Assembly: GCA_041674405.1 (NCBI GenBank)
Contig: JBAYVT010000006.1
Location: 1-32,000, forward strand
DNA: 32,000 nt
Origin: Patescibacteria group bacterium
Lineage (GTDB): Bacteria > Patescibacteriota > UBA1384 > XYA2-FULL-43-10
Reading direction: 5' to 3'
Shown here: positions 1 through 7,073 of the stretch, one piece after another
Layout: every line of letters begins with the position of its first letter
How positions within the stretch are numbered: position 1 is the first letter of the stretch
Program-made: the position numbers and the translations under genes
The notes under the pieces: generated by a model
Databases searched by the model: none
Seen by the model: the letters and a program-made list of their open reading frames with translations, nothing else
What the model was told of the DNA's origin: nothing

Positions 1-1544
1 AAGATCGCGCTCGCCATAAACCTTCGCAGCTTTCCGGTGGGCAGCAACAAAGGGTTGCCATAGCCAGGGCGCTGATTACGAATCCGGATATTCTTTTGGT
101 TGACGAACCGACAGGCAACTTGGATGTGCCGACAGGCAAGGAAATCATGAGTATCTTGAAGGAGATAAATGAGAAATGGCGAACGACCATAGTGATGGTT
201 ACCCATAATCCGGATTTTGTGAATGAAGGGAACAAAGTCCTTTACATGGAAGACGGGAAAATTATCAAAGAGGTGCACAATCAGAAAGTTGCAGAAATTG
301 CCAATCCGGAAGAGCCGCGAAGCAAAAATGTGAGAATTCATGCCGGGCATTTAGGAATATCTGAGATCTTGCGCCTTTCTGGAATCCATTTTTTAAGCAA
401 AGGGCTTAGGGCTTTTTTGACTACTTTGGGCGTTGCCATGGGTGTCGGCTCGATCGTTGCCCTAGTTTCTTTGGGAATCGGTTTGCAGAAAATTACGTCA
501 AATCAGCTAGCTTCGCTCGATATGTTAGTTTCGATTGGCGTAAGCCCAGTCAAAGATTCTAGTATCAAGCTTGATGATGAATCTCTGGGTAAAATCGCGG
601 CAATAAAAAACATCAGCATTGTAAGCCCTGAAATCGCAATGCCTGCCAAAATTACAATCGGATCTTCAACTTCTGAAATTGTGATAAACGGATTGAAGCC
701 AGACACTTTGGATTTCGAGAATGTGAGCCTGATTTCTGGATCAAAGTATTCTGATTCGGCCGGTTTAATAATTTCCAAATCTACTGCCAAACTCTTTGGT
801 GGCGATCCTCAAACATTCATTGGAAAAGATGCCAAAATTTCACTAATTGTCATAGGAGATGACCCCAGCGATTTAACAGGAGCCAAGATTGTCGAGATGA
901 ATGAAAAGATTGTTGGAGTATCAGCTGACGAATCTGCGGCGGCGGCCTATATTTCACTTGCCCGCCTAATGAATGCGACAACCCAACCAAGCTACAATTC
1001 ACTAAAGGTGAAGGTTGACGATCGGACCAATGTGGAACAGGTAAAAAGCTCAATTGAAAAGCTAGGATTTTCAACCAGCTCCGTTGTTGACCTTGTCGAC
1101 CGCGTTGACAAAGTGTTTTTGATAACGCAAATTGCCCTTGGCATCATTGGCGGAGTTGCTCTCATAATCGCGCTGATCGGAATAATAAATATTATGACAG
1201 TCGCTTTGCTTGAGCGGACGCATGAAGTGGGAATTTTGAAGGCAATAGGCGCAAGCAATCTGGATATCAGGCGAATATTTGAATATGAAGTCCTGATGTA
1301 CGGACTTGTCGGCGCAATCTTCGGCGTATTCGGCGCATGGGGGCTTGGAGAGCTAATTAACAATGCCATCGGATATCTGATGAAGGTCTCCGAAATTCCG
1401 GGCAGCATACGGCTTTTTGATACCCCATTTTCATTTGCTGCTGAGATGGTTGTTTTGACAATTCTTGCTTCACTTCTCGGTGGCTGGTATCCATCAAAAA
1501 AAGCTTCGCGCCTTTCGCCTGCGGAAGCTTTGAGATATGAATAA
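1..1544 (+). CDS. MacB-type ABC transporter, fused ATPase + FtsX-family permease (5' end cut by window edge)
   Basis: The frame is open from nt 3, upstream of the listed TTG at 96. Translation reads DRARHKPSQLSGGQQQRVAIARALITNPDILLVDEPTGNLD (ABC signature LSGGQ plus Walker B), then VMVTHNP (H-loop). It continues without a stop into a TM helix, a ~230-aa extracytoplasmic domain and a C-terminal FtsX-like TM block (ALLERTHEVGILKAIGAS ... YPSKKASRLSPAEALRYE). Stop at 1542-1544. Confidence 0.9.
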   Translation, partial: DRARHKPSQLSGGQQQRVAIARALITNPDILLVDEPTGNLDVPTGKEIMSILKEINEKWRTTIVMVTHNPDFVNEGNKVLYMEDGKIIKEVHNQKVAEIANPEEPRSKNVRIHAGHLGISEILRLSGIHFLSKGLRAFLTTLGVAMGVGSIVALVSLGIGLQKITSNQLASLDMLVSIGVSPVKDSSIKLDDESLGKIAAIKNISIVSPEIAMPAKITIGSSTSEIVINGLKPDTLDFENVSLISGSKYSDSAGLIISKSTAKLFGGDPQTFIGKDAKISLIVIGDDPSDLTGAKIVEMNEKIVGVSADESAAAAYISLARLMNATTQPSYNSLKVKVDDRTNVEQVKSSIEKLGFSTSSVVDLVDRVDKVFLITQIALGIIGGVALIIALIGIINIMTVALLERTHEVGILKAIGASNLDIRRIFEYEVLMYGLVGAIFGVFGAWGLGELINNAIGYLMKVSEIPGSIRLFDTPFSFAAEMVVLTILASLLGGWYPSKKASRLSPAEALRYE

Positions 1545-1654
1545 GACAAAATCAAAGTAAAAAATAGGATTAATTCGTTAACTTGTCAACTGAGATCTTG
1601 AAATATTCATTATCAACCTGATTCAAAGCTAACAACGTTTGGAAAGTTCAAAAC

Positions 1655-4600
1655 ATGCAAATTCGAAGCTTTCATAGAAAATCGCTTTTTAATTGCCGTA
1701 CCGGGCGAATGTATTTGATATTAACGATTGCTATTATTGCACTGGCAACGGTTTTCTTATCGTTTTCTAAAACCAGGGCCAATCCTGGTACATGCTATTG
1801 GGTCGGAGATACCAGCCCTGCAAATTGGAACGATCCTTCCCACTGGTCAAATTCATCCGGTGGAGCTGGCAATACATGCGAAGGCGGCGTAAACATTCCC
1901 CAATCTGGTACAGCGGTTGTTTTTAATTCGGCAAACAACAATTCCGTTAACGTGGATACAGACGTGAATATCGCTTCAATCAGCATAGCTACCGGCGGTT
2001 ACTCGGGTACGTTTGATGCAACGACGCATAACATCTATACGTCCGGCAATATCACTTTTAGCAGTGGTACTCTGCATATGGGTTCAGGAACATGGACTAT
2101 TGCTGGTGGGGTGACCTTAACAAACATCAGCACTTTCGATGCCGGCTCGTCAACTCTAATTATGACCGGGACAACTAAAAATTTAATTGGGGCGGCGCAA
2201 ACTTTGCATGATTTAAGTATTTCCGGAACAGTCAATGTGGCTACCTCCAATGTCTCGGTTGGGGGAATTTTATCGGTTGAAGATGGAAAAACCCTTACCA
2301 TCAATTCAAACAAATTTTTAATAATGAATTCTGGGGCGGTGACAAATTTAAACAATACCGGAACAATTACAGGATCGTCAGGCTATTTAGCCCTCAATGA
2401 TTCAGCCGGGGAGAATTTAAGTGCTGGTGGAACATTATCATCCAAAGTTAGGTTTGATGCCACCAGTGGGGATGTAAAGGTTCGCGCAAGAACATATGGA
2501 GCACAAGCCGAGTTTTATTCAAATTCTGCTTTATCCGCCAGGACAATTACGCTCGGCACATCCGCGTCTCAAACACTGGATTTTAGCTCAAATTTTTATG
2601 TCCTTGCAGCGAATACACAGAATATTGCTGTGTCTGCGGCTATTTATAATCCCTCTATCAATATTACTGGCAATATTGATTTTACCGGAACAGGAGCTGG
2701 CTCCGAATCGTTATCAATGGGATCGAGTGTTTGGACCTTGTCTGGCAATATTGATATGCAGGATGGCTCGGTAATAGGCGGCACATCGACACTGGTTTTT
2801 GCCGGTTCTGCTGCGGCGCAAATTTTCACGCCAAATGCTCAGACCTTTCATAACATCATAGTCAAAAACACTAATGCTGCGGGGACAATATTGAATGGTA
2901 ATGGTACTCAGGGGTATAAGTCGGGAAATTTGGTAGTTTCGGGCAATCTATATCTTTCAGCAGATGGAGCATCCGATGTCCTTTTAGATGGAAATACTCA
3001 CCATTGCGGCGTAACCGTTGAAGGAAGTTTAGATTTTGTTGGCGAGGGAGATGGGCAGGAGTCGATCTTGTTGGGTAATAATACTTGGATTGTTGATGGC
3101 AATGTTGATTTTACTGGCGGAACGATTAATGCAGGTAACTCCACTTTGGAATTAGCCGGAATTGATGAACAAAATTTAACACTTGCTGGGCAAACGCTAA
3201 ATGACTTAAGAGTGTCTAACGAGTCTGGAAATAGCATAAATTTTATCGGTGATGTCACGGCTGTCAGCTTTGCCATAGCCTGCCCAGATACCAAAGTGGT
3301 TTTAGATGCTGGCGGAACATATAGTTTTACCAATATCAATATTGATGGCAGATCTTTAGAAACGCCCGTGAAACTAGTTAGCTCGCTTTCCGGTTCTTCT
3401 TGGAATTTTGATGTGTCAGGTATCCCTCTTGTTTCACACGTTGAGGTTTCAGACTCCAATGCCTCGGGTGGTAACAAAATTAGCGCGATCAACAGTATTG
3501 ATTCAGGGCATAATTCAAATTGGGAGTTTTTAGAAGATGCGGTTGGTTTTTCTCCTGACCAGAATACCTGGCGATTTTCTTCGCCGCAGGATTATGTAAT
3601 CTCCGATGCTTCTAAGATACAATTTTCAAACAGTTCAGCCAAAATAATCCCTACAGGATTTGAAACCGCATGGGGAAAGGTGTGGCACGATACCCATTTT
3701 GCCCCAAATCCCGGTGAGTCCGGCGCTGAGTCGATAATCGCCGATAGTTCTGGAAACTTCTATGTTAGCGGATATACCAGGAATGGGGCTGGCGGCAGTG
3801 ATACAGGCTTTATTGTCAAACTAGACCAAGATTTAAATGAAATCTGGTATAAAAACGATTATTTCACTGATTCTTTGAAAAGCGAAGTGTATCGTATGGC
3901 TATCGCTTCGGATGGTAATATTCTTGCCCATGGCGGCTATCAAGATAGCTCTGGAAATTGCCATTCGGTTCTTATGAAATTATCTCCTTCTGATGGAAGC
4001 GTCGTCTGGTCTTCCACAATCGACCAGCCAGCAGGAGTGGTGCGATTGTCTGGTTGGGATCGTGCCGGGGGGCCGGTCATAGACAAAGAGGGCAACATTT
4101 ACATTGCAGTAGCTAATCATTTAGGTGACACCCAAAATGATGCCGAACCATCAGGAATTTATAAATTTGATTCAAACGGAAACCTAATTTGGAGCCGTTC
4201 AGACTCACTTGCTTCGCGTAAGACTGGTTGGAATTGGGAAGACATGTGGGGGATGGCAATAGACAGCGAAGGTTCAGTCTATATCAGTTATAGTTGTGGC
4301 GGACCATGGCCAAGCAGCCTCTATTGGGGACTATTAAAATATGACACGGATGGCAATTACCAATGGATGAATATAAAACTTTGGTCTGGAGAAAATGAGT
4401 TCCAAGCCGCCAGGGGAATTTCAATTGACCCTGCGACTGATATCATATATCAAAATGGGAATGCCGGAGGTAGTAGCAGCTCGGGTTGTGGTTTTAGAAA
4501 AATTGATAAATATGGCAATGTATTGTTTGAGGAAATAATGCATGATATTGCGTTCGGGGGGGATACGTATTGCTGGGGGTCGATTATTGACCAGTTCGGC

Positions 4601-5314
4601 AACTGGAATGCAGCAGGGCAAGACGGCACAGCTGCGACTGCGACATCCTTTATTAAAAAGTATCGAGGTTTAGACGCAACGAAAATCAATGTAATCACAA
4701 ATGATTTTTTGCCTCGACTTAGTCACGGGTTATACGCTAGCCGCATTACACTTGACCAATGGGGAAATGTATACGCGGCTTCATATTTTCCCGACTCGAA
4801 TTACAATTCAAAATATTCGATTGCGATAACGAAAGGGGTAAATACATATCCAAACACACAACCGGACTCTGGTATTCCCCTTACTCTGGTGAACAGAATC
4901 CCGATCGAATATTCATCATTGTCCGGTTTCTCTGTTGGTTATGGACCTATGGATCAGGCAGATGTAAAATTTCAGATTTCTAATAACGGAATAGATTGGT
5001 ATTTCTGGAGTGGATCAGGTTGGGAGAAAACCGATGGATATGTATCAAATACAGAAAGTGATATCAATGCGAATATTTCAAAATTTTCCGATGAACTTGG
5101 TCCCGGACAATTCTATTTCAAGGCTTTTTTGCTCACGGATGGCACAAAAGAAGTTGATTTGAAGAATGTCACAATCCAGGCAGTGTCAATTTCAGTACTG
5201 CCGCAAACAGGCAAGAATGATGATTTTAACTTAAGATTGCTGAACTTGGCAATAATGTTTTTGCCAATCACAATATTTTTTGCGGTTTTAGAAAAAAGAA
5301 TTAGCACTCGTTGA
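1655..5314 (+). CDS. Large LPXTG-anchored surface protein (1219 aa): signal peptide, beta-helix-like repeat region, beta-propeller-like GNxY repeat region, C-terminal sortase signal
   Basis: The N-terminus has a basic stretch followed by a hydrophobic stretch (RKSLFNCRTGRMYLILTIAIIALATVFLSF). A CYWVGD..NWNDPSHW..VVFN cap motif follows, then long G/T/N/S-rich repeats. The central part carries repeated DSSGNFYVSGY / DKEGNIYIAV / DSEGSVYISY / DQWGNVYAASY motifs, as in SBBP-type propeller repeats. The C-terminus is LPQTG + hydrophobic helix + KRISTR. GGAAAG lies 8 nt upstream of the ATG at 1655; an alternative ATG is at 1709. Confidence 0.85.
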   Translation: MQIRSFHRKSLFNCRTGRMYLILTIAIIALATVFLSFSKTRANPGTCYWVGDTSPANWNDPSHWSNSSGGAGNTCEGGVNIPQSGTAVVFNSANNNSVNVDTDVNIASISIATGGYSGTFDATTHNIYTSGNITFSSGTLHMGSGTWTIAGGVTLTNISTFDAGSSTLIMTGTTKNLIGAAQTLHDLSISGTVNVATSNVSVGGILSVEDGKTLTINSNKFLIMNSGAVTNLNNTGTITGSSGYLALNDSAGENLSAGGTLSSKVRFDATSGDVKVRARTYGAQAEFYSNSALSARTITLGTSASQTLDFSSNFYVLAANTQNIAVSAAIYNPSINITGNIDFTGTGAGSESLSMGSSVWTLSGNIDMQDGSVIGGTSTLVFAGSAAAQIFTPNAQTFHNIIVKNTNAAGTILNGNGTQGYKSGNLVVSGNLYLSADGASDVLLDGNTHHCGVTVEGSLDFVGEGDGQESILLGNNTWIVDGNVDFTGGTINAGNSTLELAGIDEQNLTLAGQTLNDLRVSNESGNSINFIGDVTAVSFAIACPDTKVVLDAGGTYSFTNINIDGRSLETPVKLVSSLSGSSWNFDVSGIPLVSHVEVSDSNASGGNKISAINSIDSGHNSNWEFLEDAVGFSPDQNTWRFSSPQDYVISDASKIQFSNSSAKIIPTGFETAWGKVWHDTHFAPNPGESGAESIIADSSGNFYVSGYTRNGAGGSDTGFIVKLDQDLNEIWYKNDYFTDSLKSEVYRMAIASDGNILAHGGYQDSSGNCHSVLMKLSPSDGSVVWSSTIDQPAGVVRLSGWDRAGGPVIDKEGNIYIAVANHLGDTQNDAEPSGIYKFDSNGNLIWSRSDSLASRKTGWNWEDMWGMAIDSEGSVYISYSCGGPWPSSLYWGLLKYDTDGNYQWMNIKLWSGENEFQAARGISIDPATDIIYQNGNAGGSSSSGCGFRKIDKYGNVLFEEIMHDIAFGGDTYCWGSIIDQFGNWNAAGQDGTAATATSFIKKYRGLDATKINVITNDFLPRLSHGLYASRITLDQWGNVYAASYFPDSNYNSKYSIAITKGVNTYPNTQPDSGIPLTLVNRIPIEYSSLSGFSVGYGPMDQADVKFQISNNGIDWYFWSGSGWEKTDGYVSNTESDINANISKFSDELGPGQFYFKAFLLTDGTKEVDLKNVTIQAVSISVLPQTGKNDDFNLRLLNLAIMFLPITIFFAVLEKRISTR
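5198..5311 (+). other. Sortase cell-wall sorting signal (LPQTG, TM helix, basic tail) of the 1219-aa protein
   Basis: Codons ctg ccg caa aca ggc at 5198-5212 encode LPQTG. They are followed by KNDDFNLRLLNLAIMFLPITIFFAVLEKRISTR and the stop. This is the classic tripartite LPXTG signal. Confidence 0.8.
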
Positions 5315-5341
5315 CTCAAAAATAGAGCACGTTATTCGATT

Positions 5342-5659
5342 CTAGCTTTTAGTTGACTTTCCGTATCTTCCTTTGTCGCGTTTGGCGACTTTATTGAGCG
5401 ATCTGCGAGCCGCTTTATCTAGGTCAACGCCGGTACTATTGCCGAGGCAGATCAAAGTGTAAATTACATCGCCAATTTCGTCTTCCAGATCCTGCTCAAG
5501 TTCGGAAGCTTTTTTCGGTTTCTCCCCATAGAGGTGATTTAATATTCGTGCCAATTCGCCGGTTTCTTCAATTAAGCGAGTGAACTGGGCGAGCGGGTGC
5601 CAGTAATCCCAGCCTTCTTTTTTAAAATATCCGTCGAGCTCTTTTTGAAACTTATTCAT
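5342..5659 (-). CDS. MazG-like nucleotide pyrophosphohydrolase domain protein (105 aa)
   Basis: The translation has the all-alpha MazG pattern RLIEETGELARILNHLYGEK...LEDEIGDVIYTLICLGNSTGVDLDKA (EExGE...E..D metal-binding helices). It is a small stand-alone ORF convergent with the LPXTG gene. Confidence 0.75.
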   Translation of the reverse strand: MNKFQKELDGYFKKEGWDYWHPLAQFTRLIEETGELARILNHLYGEKPKKASELEQDLEDEIGDVIYTLICLGNSTGVDLDKAARRSLNKVAKRDKGRYGKSTKS

Positions 5660-5784
5660 AAATTAATAATATCATTATTTGTCAACTAGGTTGATTTTTT
5701 TGCCGCAACTGGGCAATATAAAATTGCAACACGCCTGAAACTGAACACCGGGAGGGGAATTAGATGCTACCAGGTCCGGAGATC

Positions 5785-5895
5785 ATGGCTGACGAGGGTA
5801 CTCGCAACGGGTGCGCCATCATGGCCGGAATCGTGATCGCCTTGCTGGGTATCGGATGGTTGGTGCAGGCGCTGGTTCTGCATGTGAATCCATAG
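5785..5895 (+). CDS. Candidate 36-aa single-TM mini-protein in the GC-rich islet
   Basis: An ATG is preceded by GGAG at a 4-nt spacing (tccGGAGatcATG). Translation is MADEGTRNGCAIMAGIVIALLGIGWLVQALVLHVNP, ending in TAG, and contains one clear hydrophobic helix. It is too short for the ORF track. It could instead be an accident of GC-rich sequence. Confidence 0.35.
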   Translation: MADEGTRNGCAIMAGIVIALLGIGWLVQALVLHVNP

Positions 5896-5906
5896 GGGGT
5901 GGAACA

Positions 5907-6062
5907 ATGGGCAGCCTTTGGCGGGAGTGGCGTGATGGTTGGCGTGAAAACCGCGGCGGCTGCCTTCTGGGGATTTTCTTCTTCGTTTGGGTGTCGGCGG
6001 CAATCGTAGGTTTTTTCTGGTGTGCCTCACACCCATCGCCACCGCACACACCGGGAATGTAG
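5907..6062 (+). CDS. Candidate 51-aa single-TM mini-protein in the GC-rich islet
   Basis: This is an internal ATG of the listed 5811..6062 ORF, preceded by GGGGGTGG 4 nt upstream. Translation is MGSLWREWRDGWRENRGGCLLGIFFFVWVSAAIVGFFWCASHPSPPHTPGM: a Trp/Arg-rich N-terminus followed by one TM helix. The stop lies 18 nt before a perfect GC hairpin. Confidence 0.35.
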   Translation: MGSLWREWRDGWRENRGGCLLGIFFFVWVSAAIVGFFWCASHPSPPHTPGM

Positions 6063-6079
6063 CAGGGGGACGAACGGGT

Positions 6080-6103
6080 GGGACGGGCGCATGCGCCCGT
6101 CCC
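6080..6103. other. Perfect 24-nt GC-rich palindrome/hairpin
   Basis: GGGACGGGCGCATGCGCCCGTCCC is fully self-complementary (about a 10-bp GC stem). No T-tract follows on either strand, so it is not a canonical intrinsic terminator. It sits between the mini-ORFs and tRNA-Gln. Confidence 0.6.
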
Positions 6104-6146
6104 TACTGGATTTATTAAGCTTAAAATGGTAATCTTAAGTGCGTAT

Positions 6147-6220
6147 TCCGAGATCGTCTAATGGCAGGACGGCGGATTCTGGCTCCGCTAATCTAGGTTC
6201 GACCCCTAGTCTCGGAACCA
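6147..6220 (+). tRNA. tRNA-Gln (anticodon CTG), CCA encoded
   Basis: Cloverleaf folded by hand over 74 nt:
- acceptor TCCGAGA/TCTCGGA (U1-A72)
- D stem GTCT/GGAC
- anticodon stem GCGGA/TCCGC
- anticodon loop TTCTGGC, giving anticodon CTG
- T arm CTAGG-TTCGACC-CCTAG
- discriminator A, then CCA. Confidence 0.85.
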
Positions 6221-6253
6221 AAAAAGTGGTTGTCTTTATGATGATCGCTTTTT

Positions 6254-6395
6254 TGGTTATAACTGGTCGAACCTGGGAAGGGGTCGGGAAACAGGAGTTT
6301 CCCGCGAGAGGAAAATAACAAAAACCGAGGGTTTTTGTAAGCAAAGACCCGAAGGGTCCCCATAGGGGCGTGTTCGACCCCAAGGCTTAAAACCA
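6254..6395 (+). ncRNA. Unclassified multi-hairpin structured element (candidate small RNA or decayed tRNA/att remnant)
   Basis: Nested pairings found by hand:
- P1: TGGTTATAA (6254-6262) / TTAAAACCA (6387-6395), 8 of 9 pairs
- P2: GGTCGAAC (6265-6272) / GTTCGACC (6372-6379), 8 of 8 pairs
- hairpin CGGGAAA-caggag-TTTCCCG (6285-6304)
- hairpin ACAAAAACC-gag-GGTTTTTGT (6318-6338)
- hairpin GACCC-gaa-GGGTC (6346-6358)
The 3' end repeats the tRNA-Gln 3' end. I could not match it to any RNA family I know. Confidence 0.35.
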
Positions 6396-6428
6396 AAAAA
6401 GAGCTTGTTTTTGGCAGGTTCTTTTTTG

Positions 6429-6457
6429 TTGTATTAAAATGTATTTCGTCTTATAAT
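6429..6457 (+). promoter_or_regulatory. Sigma-70-like promoter (TTGTAT - 17 nt - TATAAT), likely for the TPR/giant-protein/ABC operon
   Basis: TTGTAT lies at 6429-6434, followed by a 17-nt spacer and a consensus TATAAT at 6452-6457. It sits just upstream of the TPR ORF and an AGGAGGGAG Shine-Dalgarno at about 6485-6493. Confidence 0.55.
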
Positions 6458-6461
6458 TGTA

Positions 6462-7064
6462 GTGACAATTAAACCAAGTCGTCTAGGAGGGAGAATAGAG
6501 AAGCAACTAGGCACAAGAAAAGTCCAGCTCTGGGCTGTTATTTCAGTGCTATTGATAGCAGGATTTTTTGTCGTGGTTTGGAAATATTTCGATGTTGATA
6601 ATGCTAAAAACACAAGGAACAACTACGATCAAGCATTTCAAGATTTATTCAACAAAAATTACGATGAGGTAATACAAAATTTGACAGATGTCGAGAAGCT
6701 TCCAGAATTACAAAAAGAGCAAGCTTACACGGCATTGGGGCAAGCTTACTTTGCAAAAGCCAATTATGATAAGGCATTGGAAAATTATCAAAAAGCAGCA
6801 AGTTTGGCTGCAAGCGATAAAAAGAAATCGTATTATAATAATCTTATGGGAAATTGTTTGAGAGAGAACAAAGACAAAGACGGGGCAGTTGCTAAATATA
6901 AGCTGTCGGTCCAGCTTGATCCTAAAAATGAATTAGCTTGGGTTAATCTGATCAACTTATATAAGCTAGATGGGGATATCGCAAATGCAAAAAATGCGGT
7001 AAAAGATGCCCTTGTTGCCATGCCGGGCAACGAAACGATCAAGGCAATCGAACAAACTCTTTAG
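6462..7064 (+). CDS. Membrane-anchored TPR-repeat protein (about 200 aa)
   Basis: An N-terminal TM helix (LWAVISVLLIAGFFVVVW) is followed by TPR-like repeats (AYTALGQAYFAKANYDKALENYQKAASL; NNLMGNCL...AVAKYKLSVQLDPKNELAWVNLINLYKLDGDIANAKNAVKDAL). The start is uncertain. The GTG at 6462 overlaps the predicted transcription start, and a strong SD at 6485-6493 is followed in frame only by ATA (6495). The stop lies 9 nt before the giant gene. Confidence 0.75.
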   Translation: MTIKPSRLGGRIEKQLGTRKVQLWAVISVLLIAGFFVVVWKYFDVDNAKNTRNNYDQAFQDLFNKNYDEVIQNLTDVEKLPELQKEQAYTALGQAYFAKANYDKALENYQKAASLAASDKKKSYYNNLMGNCLRENKDKDGAVAKYKLSVQLDPKNELAWVNLINLYKLDGDIANAKNAVKDALVAMPGNETIKAIEQTL

Positions 7065-7073
7065 CGAGGGGAA

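Noticed and set aside
992-1555. 187-aa minus-strand ORF, plus 503-790 and 850-1074 minus-strand ORFs, antisense to the fused MacB gene
   Set aside because: They are completely embedded antisense to a CDS with unambiguous ABC and FtsX motifs. No start context or recognisable motif supports them.
5767-6051. Listed minus-strand ORFs of 94 aa and 76 aa, and the plus-strand 83-aa ORF from 5811, in the GC-rich islet
   Set aside because: Their translations are Arg/Pro/His-rich low-complexity strings typical of stop-poor frames in GC-rich DNA. They have no SD or sensible start context. Only the two short SD-preceded plus-strand ORFs look gene-like, and even those are tentative.
6254-6395. Second tRNA gene (possibly intron-containing), SRP RNA, RNase P RNA or tmRNA downstream of tRNA-Gln
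   Set aside because: No cloverleaf can be drawn. The would-be T stem GCGTG/CCAAG does not pair, and the terminal ACCA is base-paired in the best fold. I could not find the SRP GGAA/AGCA helix-8 motifs, the RNase P GAGGAAAGUCC motif, or a tmRNA tag frame. It is kept only as an unclassified structured element.
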